Assembly: GCA_963827155.1 (NCBI GenBank)
Contig: CAWGZV010000003.1
Coordinates: forward strand, 660,984 to 724,983
Origin: an uncultured Chloroflexia bacterium
GTDB taxonomy: Bacteria; Chloroflexota; Anaerolineae; Anaerolineales; UBA4823
DNA length: 64,000 nt
Reading direction: 5' to 3'
Shown in pieces: positions 27,778-37,866 of the stretch. Each line of letters begins with the position of its first letter. Positions within the stretch are counted from its first letter, which is position 1. The position numbers and the translations under genes are program-made. The notes beneath the pieces were generated by a model. That model was not told where the DNA came from, searched no databases, and saw nothing but the letters and a program-made list of their open reading frames with translations.

Positions 27778-29186
27778 TTACTGAACTGGGATCCCGTTGT
27801 AGTCTTCACTTGGGAATTGAACGCCAAATTTCGAAGAAACACGAGCCACCGCAGCAACTTCATAGGCCCCATTTACCGTAATGAGGGCTCCACCACCGAA
27901 TTGTGTGCAGCCGCTGTAACAGCCAAATTCAGTAAGACCTGCGAGGGTAGGATTGGAATTGAATTTTGCGTTAGCGGCGAGGTCTGAACTATACACATGC
28001 GGCGACTCCCGCAACATTCCCATCTCGATCGTAATATGTAACCGTGATGGAACCAGCCGGGATTGTCGCTCCACCGGTATTCTGGATGGTCAGATTGGTC
28101 CGGGGCATAGCTCCGTTATTAAAGTTGGTTTGCGTTGCCCAGCGGACATACGGGAAGGCGAACTTGGTTCCGCCTTGCGGCACTCCGACATAAGCAGTCG
28201 CTGCGCCGTTGCCAGATATCTTGCCCATCGCGATAATGTTCGTAGCAGAGCTGGTGATTTTCGCCGAACCAAGATAAGCCTGGAGGTAATATGTTGCAGC
28301 TGATGAAGCTGGTTTTTGCGCCTGGGCCAAGGCCATTAAAAGTCTGAATATATCCGCCTGGTTGGTACTCTACGGTAATATTTGTGCTGTTCGAAAGGTG
28401 GGTGTTCTGAACAGCGAAGGCGGAGTTCATCCCAGAGTTCTGGCATACCGCAGAGGGCATATAGACAACCAGGCTACCTTGTCCTACGCCTTCAAATGCC
28501 TTTGCCCCAACACCTGATCCATAATCCAATTCCATTGCGCTCGAAACGATACTCCCCGTACCGCCGGTAGTTTCGATGGCCACAGAACCATTGAAGGAAG
28601 AACCCAATGCTGCCAGAGTACCAGCGTCAACGTGCAATCCTGCCCCAGGTTGGATTTCCTGATTGACTGTATGGACTAGGACGGCACTCGTATTATAGAA
28701 ATTAATCGTCGCGGTCGTTGGCGTTGTACCAGCGTTTTGGACGGAAAACTTGGTGTTGACACCAAAAGTATTCTTCAGAACGGTAGCAATCATTGATCGA
28801 GGTGTACCTTGAGAAAAACCGTTCGACATCGGATAAATTTTCACCGTAGTGCTTTGTGGAAGCTGAACCAGTGTGGAGGCCAGCGGCTGATCTGAAGACA
28901 TGACTGCCGTCCCTTGCAAGGAAGGCAGAGCAAGGCTGCCCAAAGCGACCGAAGTTCCAGCAAATTTATTCAAATTCGGACGCTGGATTGGGATCGGGGT
29001 CGTGTCGCCAGGGGTTTCGTAGAAATAAATATACAGGGATGTGGTTGCGGCTGTGCCAATGTTTTGATATGTGATGGAAGTACGGAAACTGGTTTCATAA
29101 GCGCCTGCACTCGCTGGCACAGGGAAGAGTGCCACAGCTAACATCGCAAAGATTACGAATGTGAATAAAAACGGTTTCTTGTTCAT
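27778..29186 (-). pseudogene. secreted Thr/Ser/Gly/Ala/Asn-rich four-repeat beta-type protein (two frameshifts; candidate surface protein)
   Basis: It has a signal peptide (MNKKPFLFTFVIFAMLAVALFPVPASA). Four ~100-115-aa repeats each start x[FIL]x[VIY]QN (ITYQNIG, FSVQNAG, FAVQNTH, LTIQNTG) and contain a [IV]x[FV]xY strand. Track ORFs 28119-29186, 27989-28336 and 27778-28074 join at an A5 run (28313-28317) and near 28000. Confidence 0.6.
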
Positions 29187-29515
29187 GCGTGCAATCTCCT
29201 TTTTCTAGTCATGCTAACAGGCCAATTCTATAACCCCACTTATATTGGATCAATACCCCGTTTGGATTATTAAAACCGAATTAGGTAATACCAAGGGAGT
29301 AGATTTATCAAACTGAAGACTTTCAATTTCTCCAAGGGAATTTATGACGGCAATTCCCGAGTGATTGATAGTTCGTTAGACTTCGATGCGAATGTATATT
29401 GATTTATGCTAGAATAATTTATCCTTTCAGGTAGAAATTCGGCGAGAAAGCTTCATTTTTTCATGTAGGAATTTCATTTTTTGGGGTAGAGGATAGATAT
29501 AATTAGGTTTGTTAC

Positions 29516-30295
29516 TTGTTATCAATTTTGCTTCGATTTGGAGGTAGAGTGATTGGACGGATTAGACGCAAATTATATTTCTTCGGTAAATCACTAAATC
29601 GAAAATCGATTATTTCCGGAATAAGTTCTGACGAACGGCAATTAATCTCTAGCATCCGTTCTCAAAACCTAACGTATTTATCCGAGAACAGACTTGCCAG
29701 CCTTGCAAAAACTTGTCGATCAATAGAAGAAACCAATCTTCCCGGTATCTTCCTTGAAGCAGGTTGTGCGCTTGGTGGATCGGCTATTCTACTGGCATCG
29801 ATAAAAAAAACCGAACGTCCTTTATGGCTATATGATGTGTTTGGTCAAATCCCACCACCCACAGCCGAAGACTTAAAAATAATTCATAATCGTTATAAGA
29901 TCATTTCTGAAGGTAAGGCAGATGGGATTGGCGGTGAGAAATATTATGGTATATCAGATGACCTTTACGAAGTCGTCATAGCAAATCTTGAAAGAAATGG
30001 AATATCTTATAAAGAATTATCGATATCTCTAATTAAAGGTCTTGTACAAGATACTATGAAAATTGATCAGCCGGTTGCATTTGCCCACATTGATGTCGAT
30101 TGGTATGAGCCTGTAAAAGTATGCTTTACTAGAGTATTTCCTAATCTAGTTGTTGGTGGAAGCATTATCGTGGACGATTATCATTATTGGGATGGATGTA
30201 AGAAAGCAACGGATGAATATTTGCGGGAGGTTCATGGAAAATTTATCACCGACGATACGACCGAATCACTGAAAATTACAAAGCTAAAGGATTGA
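29516..30295 (+). CDS. TylF/MycF-family SAM-dependent O-methyltransferase
   Basis: It shows GIFLEAGCALGGSAILLA and FAHIDVDWYEPVKVCF..GGSIIVDDYHYWDGCKKA, typical of macrocin-O-methyltransferase-like enzymes. The track start is a TTG. Confidence 0.7.
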   Translation: MLSILLRFGGRVIGRIRRKLYFFGKSLNRKSIISGISSDERQLISSIRSQNLTYLSENRLASLAKTCRSIEETNLPGIFLEAGCALGGSAILLASIKKTERPLWLYDVFGQIPPPTAEDLKIIHNRYKIISEGKADGIGGEKYYGISDDLYEVVIANLERNGISYKELSISLIKGLVQDTMKIDQPVAFAHIDVDWYEPVKVCFTRVFPNLVVGGSIIVDDYHYWDGCKKATDEYLREVHGKFITDDTTESLKITKLKD

Positions 30296-30430
30296 CACTA
30301 TTTTCACCAGTAAGCGATCGATTTTTGTGATTTATCAAATGATCAATTGGTCACATTTCGATTCTTTGTAATCTCGTAAACAATTGAAATTTCCTCTCGT
30401 GCATATTTGAAAATTAAATTCTAGATCACC

Positions 30431-31325
30431 ATGCAAAGCTTTCCAAAAGTGCTTGTATATCACGGGATCATTCCTGATGACCTAAAAATTAAAGTAAAAG
30501 GTTTGGGAATAATCTCCCAGAGCGCTTTTTTTGACCATCTTACCCTGATAAAGAAACGATATCAAATATTGCATCCGGATGAGTTTATCGGGATATTGGA
30601 AAATAGAAAACCATTTCCCAAAAATTGCATTCTTATTACATTTGATGATGGTTTCCAAAATATTCTAGATTACGCTATACCGATCACCGAATTGTACGAA
30701 ATCCCGATATTGGCCTTTATCTGTGATGCCCATTTGGATAATAAAGAATGGCTCTGGTTTTCGCGATTGTTTGCTTATACGCTATTGCAGAAAAGACAAA
30801 AAGACGACATCAAACAAAATTGGCTCAGGAGAATATTCAACGAATTGTGGAAAACCTTGAAGATCTGTCTGCCCCAGATGTAAGTCTGACGGATATAAAT
30901 TTCATATTCTTTTTGATGGGATGGATACAAACACATATGTAAAGTGTAAGCGAGGATTGGTGACTGTTGGAGGTCATACGGTAAGTCACGTAAAATTAAT
31001 CAATGAGATCGCAAGAGACGCGCTGGCGTGAGATCTTCGAGAACAAAGAAAACCTCGAGAAAATTCTAGGGTGCCCAATCCGACTTTTTGCTTACCCTGA
31101 AGGGCTTTGGAACCTTGACATCGCAAAGAAGTGAAACGTGCAGGATATTCGCCGCATTTACAACTGCAATTCCGTAGAAGACATTTACCCGATGAAATTT
31201 CCCAATACGCTTTGCCGAGGACAGGGATCCATTTACCTGGTCGCTTATACCTGCAATGGCGTCTTACTAATATCGGTCCAAAACTTCGTAATGTCCTTCA
31301 CCCGGTAGCCCACGCCGATCATTGA
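30431..31325 (+). pseudogene. polysaccharide deacetylase (NodB-homology) gene fragmented by several frameshifts
   Basis: Frame 1 has ILITFDDGFQNILDYAIP. Another frame has VGGHTVSHVKL (~30968). Others have RLFAYPEGLWN and VKRAGYS. At least four frame changes occur across ~900 bp. Confidence 0.6.
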
Positions 31326-31394
31326 TCGAAATTCATATTTGAAGTATGATATGTATAGATATTTAGGAAATCAAATCAGATAATAAAGTGAGAT

Positions 31395-31858
31395 ATGATC
31401 AGGCGAATTGGATTTTTCCTCTTGCTGTGTTCGATTATTCTGCTAAATGCCTGTCAGTCAGCAGAGATCTCCACCACTCCCAAGGTCACCCCTCCAACGC
31501 AACCTGAAGAAGGAAAAGCTACGGTCATAGGGCATGTTCTATCAAAAGACACTGGCAGACCCAATGCCAAATGAGATCGTCCGACTTGCCGAAGTTTTTA
31601 AAGAGGGAGATAAAGGCGACCTATATCTTGGATATCGCGTTTAGTCCAGGTACTCGCACTGATGAGAGCGGATATTTCATTCTAGAGAATATTCCCGCAA
31701 TGGAATACGTATTAGTCATTGGGGACTACTACAAAGCATATGATATTATCGAGGAAGGTTCCACAGGAATTGCGAAAGTATGGAATGCAGAATCGGGGAA
31801 AATCCTTGACATGGGGAAGATAAGCGCACGAAAATCCGTCTCTGAGGAACCGCAATAA
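31395..31858 (+). pseudogene. small lipoprotein with carboxypeptidase-regulatory-like beta domain (two frameshifts)
   Basis: The ATG at 31395 gives MIRRIGFFLLLCSIILLNAC (lipobox). The sequence continues in other frames as GKATVIGHV..NEIVRLAEV..TDESGYFILENIPAMEYVLVIG. Confidence 0.4.
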
Positions 31859-31867
31859 AATCAATTT

Positions 31868-32594
31868 CTACGCGTTGTTTGCTTTTTTCATCGCGATCAC
31901 CGCGTAATTCTTAGGGTATCCGCTATTTGTATATTTATTTACAATATCGAAATGTGAATATGTAATAGCTAACAGAAAGAAAATTGGCTTTAAAATTGCA
32001 GTACAAATCCCCGCAAGCAAACCTATAATGCCCCCTCCATACGCTGCCGGTTCGACAGGCAATCTTGCTGCCGCGGTTTTCAATTGATAGGAGACCGTAC
32101 CGAGATAACCCTCTAACCAATCTACTTGTTTTATCTCAAAATTCGGTGATTTCCAGAATATGTCGAATGCCGCTTTCAGTAAATCGATAATAATCATTCT
32201 GGATTTCCACTGGTTCATAAAATATTGGGGAGGTAATCCACAACATTTTTCCTGGTTTAAGAACTCGATTCAGCTCATGGAGAGCAAGTTTTGGTTCCGG
32301 GAGTTCGAAAATTACCTGGGTGCAAAATACCAGGTCGAACCGATTGTCTTCCACAGGGATCGAGGTAATATCGCACACATAGTTAATATCCCTATAAGCC
32401 AAATCTGGTAGTCGACACGAATCTGTAGACTTATATTTCACGTGATTGAAGAATTGTTTATATGGACTTTCGCCTGCTCCTGCATCCAGTGCCAGAGAAC
32501 CGGGTTCTAGTGATTTAGCCGCTGCTCTGGCAAATTCTGCCAGGTGGACGCGGGAGGAGTTTATATAAAGCCTATCGATGCGATCCTTTAACAT
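31868..32594 (-). CDS. class I SAM-dependent methyltransferase (one frameshift at 32150-32152)
   Basis: It has LDAGAGESPY (motif I) and VFCTQVIFELPEPKLALHELNRVLKPGKMLWI. Track ORFs 32136-32594 and 31868-32218 join when one A of GGAAATC is removed. Confidence 0.7.
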
Positions 32595-32595
32595 T

Positions 32596-33770
32596 TCATT
32601 TTGCCAAGTTCAAATATAAAGATTTGTGTTGTTTAACAACTTCGTCGAATGAATAATTTTTTACAACATTTAATGAATTTTCTACTAAAGCATTTCTCAA
32701 CAATTGTGAGTTCAGTAAATCCGATATTGCTTTCTGAAGTAGTTCGGGATTCCCAGGGGGAACCAAAATACCATTCATTTTATTTTGAATCAATCCACGA
32801 TTTCCTGGAATATCGGTCGCGACTATTGGTATCCCAGATGCCATCGCCTCCAAAACCGCAGTCGGCATTCCTTCCCAATAAGAAGAACAAACAAAAAGAT
32901 CCATAATACTGAGAATAGCTTCTATATCAGTGCGCGAACCGGTAAAAATACATTTAGAAGAAATTCCTGCTGATTTCGCTTCGACCTTAACTCGACTTCC
33001 AATGTTCCGCTTCCGATCAATAAAAGATATACATCGGGATGTTTTCTTGCTATTTTGGAAAACGCATCGATGAGGGTATTATAGCCTTTTTCTTCGGTCA
33101 GCCTCCCGATAGATCCAATAACAAAAGCTGAAGTCGGCATCCCCAGCTTTTCTCGAAAAACAGCGCGTTGAATTTGGCCTGGCTAAATCGATTGATATCA
33201 ACGCCGTTATTGATTTGATAAGCCTTCTTCCCAATCAAACGTGCTATTTTTCGCCGGTCCAGTCGGTCCATAATTGGAATGCTGATACCTATTTCTGCAT
33301 TATAACAAAAAGGAAATAAGAAATTTGAAAACAAGAATTGCCTTAAGGGTCTTTTCCGCCACTCCAGCCAATGACCGTTGTGAAGGGTGCGAAAGATGAC
33401 CGGGGCTTTTTGTTGTACCTTAAATATCAACGCAGAGATATCGGAAAACTCTGAATGACTGTGGATGATATCAAATTTATGATTTCTCTACTTCTGATTT
33501 TAGATGTGTGTGTGCTCTTGAGAAGCTGTAATATGGTTTAGAGACATCCCAAATTGCGCCTGTAAAAGCTCTGATACCTTGGGAATATAATTTTCTAATT
33601 CGTTCTTTTTCAGACTCTGTTCCATATTGTCCTAATGCGCAAATCATTACTTCGAATTGGTCTGGGGTCTAATCGAGGAGAAAGCTCAGTTACAAATCGG
33701 GTAATGCCTCCTCCTCCTGCTTCAACATCAAAGGAGTAGACCATTTGAAGGATGCGGATTTCTTGGTCAT
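32596..33770 (-). pseudogene. GT4-family glycosyltransferase broken by about five frameshifts
   Basis: The restored N-terminus is MTKK(I)RILQMVYSFDVEAGGGG. The C-terminus has GRLTEEKGYNTLIDAF and DLFVCSSYWEGMPTAVLEAMASGIPIVATDIPG (the EX7E region). The ATG at 33770 lies 2 nt after the stop of the upstream gene. Confidence 0.7.
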
Positions 33771-33772
33771 CT

Positions 33773-35179
33773 TTACTTTGGGCTTTCTTGCCTGACTTTA
33801 GGTAGAGGTTGGGAATAGTAATTATTAGCAATGATTGATCCTCCGAGACTGCTTTGTTCTCTAATAGAAGGCATCTTTTGGTGTAATTCATTGCGAATGG
33901 AAAAACGGAATTCCCACAATTTATTCAATTTAGAAACCAATAATTCCTGGTCAATTTGTCTAATTTCGATGACCCAATCCTGAACACCTACAATTTGAGC
34001 AATGCCTTCTGTCTTGTGCAAATATCCTATGGCAATAACCGGAACATCCAGGCTTAATGCAAAAATGTTGGAATGCATTCGGGTTCCAATGAAAATATCT
34101 AATTGACCGAAAACGCTTTTCAATAACTGGGGTGAGATTGGTTTTTCAACTACAATAATGGAATGTGAGAGATCTCCTAATTTGTTGGCTATCCTTCTCG
34201 TGGGAATTCTATCATCTTCAAATTCAGTCGGTCCCCAACATTGGGGAAATAAGATAGCGGTTCCTTGATACTTCTCGATAAAAACGCGGATCGCCGCAGT
34301 AATACTCTCTTCATATGTATTCTGCTGGGAAAATTTTCTGGATTGTGCATTCCAATCGATTACAGTTATACCTAATAATGGACGTCTGGATTTGATATCT
34401 ATGTCGTTTTCTTTATACCAATTTAGTGCTTGTTCATTTGATGCTCCCTCGAAAGAAAATGCCAGGTCGGGGAGTAATATGATATGAGAGGTTGAAATGC
34501 CACATTTAACCAATATCTCTCTTGAGATCTCTTCCCGAACCATCACAATCCTGGCGCGATTAAAAATCCAGCGAGCAAGACTTTGCTCCCATGTAAAGCG
34601 GAAAGGTCCAATCGATTGGGGAAGAATATACAAAGGCTTTTTGGCGAGAATTGCAAGAATGAGCGACAATCCAGTCACAGCAAGGGTGATTCCATGACCA
34701 GAGCTGTAAAAAAACCCCCCAGGGATACTAACAATAATATCCGCATCGAAGTAGGCTTTTATTAATCCCCTGAGAGGTTTTGGAATAAGTTTATTAATCG
34801 GGAAGCCAAATATCCGGTAGGTAAAGAGAGCAATAAATACGGAAGGAAATAAAAAAAACAAACGCTTGTAATTCCACTTTCCATTTGATTTTACCCAGCT
34901 AAAGAACGATCCATGAATTATGTATCGTTCATTCCATTCCTGAGGTTCATTCATTGATATGCTGATTTGAGCCTTAGGAAATGCTTCCTCCAACTGGTGT
35001 AATGCTATTGAAGTTAACGCTGCATCGCCAGCATTTTTCAGGGAATGGAAATTGGTGAGTAAAATTTGTCTACAATTACGAATAGGCATTTGATCTAAGT
35101 AATAATTAAGACATTTTTTTGATTTTTTTGATGAGCAGATCCTGATAAGGTGTCGATGTATAAGACTCTCAAAACCCAA
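33773..35179 (-). CDS. polysaccharide pyruvyl transferase family protein (CsaB/WcaK-like)
   Basis: It shows LKNAGDAALTS, IPGGFFYSSGHG, ILPQSIGPF, VREEISREIL, LPDLAFSF and IGTRMHSNIFALSLDVPVIAIGY. An alternative start is the ATG at 35089 (MPIRNCRQILL). Confidence 0.75.
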   Translation of the reverse strand: MGFESLIHRHLIRICSSKKSKKCLNYYLDQMPIRNCRQILLTNFHSLKNAGDAALTSIALHQLEEAFPKAQISISMNEPQEWNERYIIHGSFFSWVKSNGKWNYKRLFFLFPSVFIALFTYRIFGFPINKLIPKPLRGLIKAYFDADIIVSIPGGFFYSSGHGITLAVTGLSLILAILAKKPLYILPQSIGPFRFTWEQSLARWIFNRARIVMVREEISREILVKCGISTSHIILLPDLAFSFEGASNEQALNWYKENDIDIKSRRPLLGITVIDWNAQSRKFSQQNTYEESITAAIRVFIEKYQGTAILFPQCWGPTEFEDDRIPTRRIANKLGDLSHSIIVVEKPISPQLLKSVFGQLDIFIGTRMHSNIFALSLDVPVIAIGYLHKTEGIAQIVGVQDWVIEIRQIDQELLVSKLNKLWEFRFSIRNELHQKMPSIREQSSLGGSIIANNYYSQPLPKVRQESPK

Positions 35180-35360
35180 TCCATTGTATCACTTTGAAAT
35201 TCCCCAATGCGTTGAAAATGAATTCGTCCAAAGGGTTGTCAGTTTGATTGTAAGAATCAGTAATGTTAATTACGCTATACTATCAATGGAGAGCAGCGAT
35301 TTTCTTTATTCGGTTGGAAGGCTTCGACGCTATTTGTACACATTACATAGAATTGAATGC

Positions 35361-36604
35361 TTAATTCTCTTGGATTGTAGGAGCGTTACCTAGAAATTCC
35401 ATGTAATGAGAAAGGAGCATCTGTACGAGTTTGCTCCAATAATATTCCTTTACTCTGCTAATTCCGCGCTGGATAAGCTCAGCAGATAAGTCGGGGTTAG
35501 TTAGAATCATCATAATCGCAGAAGCGAGTGAATCAGGACTTCCTGGCACAACAAGGACCCCTGCAGGAGGCATTCCCATTAAAAATCCTTCTATCTCCAA
35601 CATCTGCAGTTATAAATGGTACAGCGCATTGCCAACTTTCAAACATCTTTAATGGGGATCGCCCTCTGGCAGAAGAGTCGTCATAAATTGGGTCAACGGA
35701 GACGTGGCTTATCGAATAATATGATGAAATATCATCTGGAGACACACGTCCGGTGAAAATGACCACTTCCTGGATACCCAAAGTATTGGCCTTATTTATC
35801 AATTCTGGAAAATCTTCACCCCCACCTACGATTATCAATCGAATTGTAGAGTTCTAATCGGTATACCTTGCTAAAGGCTTCGAGTAAGAGATTGACTGGA
35901 TGACTGACTAGACTAAGACTACCAATGTAAGATACTACTTTTTCTCCATGCAAGCCTAAACTGGTTCTAAGTTGGTTCTGCTCTTCTGGGGATGAATTCT
36001 GAAATCGGGTCTCTTCAACACCATTAGGAAGGTATTTCACCTTTTGCTGTTTTACCCCCCATTTCTTGAGCATCTCCCCCAAGAATGCGGTATTTGTTGT
36101 TACTCCATCCGCGTACTTGGGAACATTTTTCTCGAATAAGGCGACAATCAACCTTTCCCAATTGTGTTGAAAGTGGCCTGACCCGGCTTCATAATCATCA
36201 CAATCCACAATAAGTGTCTTGTGCATAAGGTAACGGGCTGCCAGGCCTGCAATGCTATTCATTGGGTGCGGTTTGGAGATGTGGATAATATCCGCATCAC
36301 TTAGTATTGCCGCACGCGTCAAATGCCATGTTGCGAGAAAGGTGACATACAATAATCTGCCAGTTGAATAGTAGGATTTTTGATTGCCTTCTTTCTTTAC
36401 GTGCATTGGGGCAACGTAATGGATCGATACACCATTCGATTCAAATTTTCGAATATTCAGAGAAGGGTATTCGGGAGTTAAAGCGACGATCTCCACGAGA
36501 TGACCTAATTTTGCAAGCTCACGAGCTATTGGGCCTATTCTCCCCAATCCGGTTGGGCTCTCCAGGCTTTGGGTCATTAACAAAGCAATTTTTAACTTTT
36601 CCAT
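35361..36604 (-). pseudogene. GT4-family glycosyltransferase (two frameshifts)
   Basis: The N-terminus is MEKLKIALLMTQSLESPTGLGR. The middle reads IIVGGGEDFPELINKANTLGIQEVVIFTGRV and the C-terminal piece reads GVLVVPGSPDSLASAI. It is spread over track ORFs 35816-36604, 35533-35838 and 35361-35603. Confidence 0.7.
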
Positions 36605-37722
36605 TTCCCAAATGCTCGATCTATAGTCTGAACAATATCTATCCAGTTATCTAAAGATTTTACAGAAGTCTCTTTCACATCTGAGGTTTTTTCTAAATGG
36701 ATAAATATTGAATCTTTAAGCGCCGCAATATCTCCAGATGGGACAACCGAAACCAGCCCATTTTGGTATTGATCCTCGATCCCCTCCGCAACTCTCTCTG
36801 TCACGATCATCGGAAGCCCAAAACTGATCGCGATCGTCACAGCGCCGCTTTGTGTGCCTCCCGTATAAGGGGCAACCAGACAGTCTGCAGCGGAAAAGTA
36901 GGTTTTTACCTCTTCGTCCGGGATATACCGATTGTCGAACCTCACTCGGTCTTCCAGACCAAGGCTTTTGATTTGTTCAAAATACAGCGCTGGCTCTCCC
37001 CATATTTCACCGGCGATCAACAAATAAGGCCGGCGTTCGTTTGATTTTAATGCCGCCAGCGCCTGGAACAATTCGCTCAAACCTTTATATGGACGCACCA
37101 GGCCAAAAAAAAGCAGAAGGAATTCGCCAGGATTGATCCCCAGGCTCTCTCTGGCTGTCTGTTTATTTAGTTCACCGGTGTTGAAGAAAGAATAGTTGGG
37201 ATGTTTGCAGAGATAGGTTTCTTTCTCACCTACGAGCTCTATCAGGCAGTCTTTTTCTCGCTGGGTTTGGACGATATATGCTTTGGCTTGATTTAGTGCT
37301 AATCGCGCCAGCTGACGATCCCATATTTGCCGCTCGTGGGGCAATACATTGTGGATCAAATAAATAACCGGAATGCCTGACTTCGATATGGAACGCGCCA
37401 GAACAGCAAAGGGCAATGCCCAAAAAGGAGTCCACCATTGGATGATGATCCCATCTGGCTGATATGCACGGATCTTTTTCGCTGTCTGAAACCAGGTCCA
37501 TGGGTAAAGCCAATCCAGCCAGTAGTCAGCCTCAACGGTCAGCGGCTTAAGGCTTGGATCTTTATCGGACTTTCCCGGATAAAGCCAGGCAGGATATTGC
37601 CGGATAAACGAGACCGTTTGAACACTGTGTCTAGAATCTTTCAGGGAACGCGCCAGCATGGTGGTGTAGTGTGCGATTCCACCCCGAAAAGGATAAACAG
37701 GTCCAACGATTGTCAATTTCAA
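36592..37722 (-). CDS. GT4-family glycosyltransferase (intact)
   Basis: The 376-aa protein has LLFFGLVRPYKGL and CLVAPYTGGTQSGAVTIAISFGLPMIVT, a GT-B/GT4 pattern. It overlaps the next GT4 gene by 13 nt. Confidence 0.8.
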   Translation of the reverse strand: MKLTIVGPVYPFRGGIAHYTTMLARSLKDSRHSVQTVSFIRQYPAWLYPGKSDKDPSLKPLTVEADYWLDWLYPWTWFQTAKKIRAYQPDGIIIQWWTPFWALPFAVLARSISKSGIPVIYLIHNVLPHERQIWDRQLARLALNQAKAYIVQTQREKDCLIELVGEKETYLCKHPNYSFFNTGELNKQTARESLGINPGEFLLLFFGLVRPYKGLSELFQALAALKSNERRPYLLIAGEIWGEPALYFEQIKSLGLEDRVRFDNRYIPDEEVKTYFSAADCLVAPYTGGTQSGAVTIAISFGLPMIVTERVAEGIEDQYQNGLVSVVPSGDIAALKDSIFIHLEKTSDVKETSVKSLDNWIDIVQTIDRAFGKWKS

Positions 37723-37866
37723 AGTCGATTAGTTTCGATTCATTTCTTTAGAGTTGAGGCAAGTATAATTCAGAGCTGGAATATTCACCACGGATTGGAT
37801 AATTGAACCAAAATGGAAGTTTTAATCAGAATTTGAGGCTATGAAGCGGCCAAACCAGTTTTGTGA

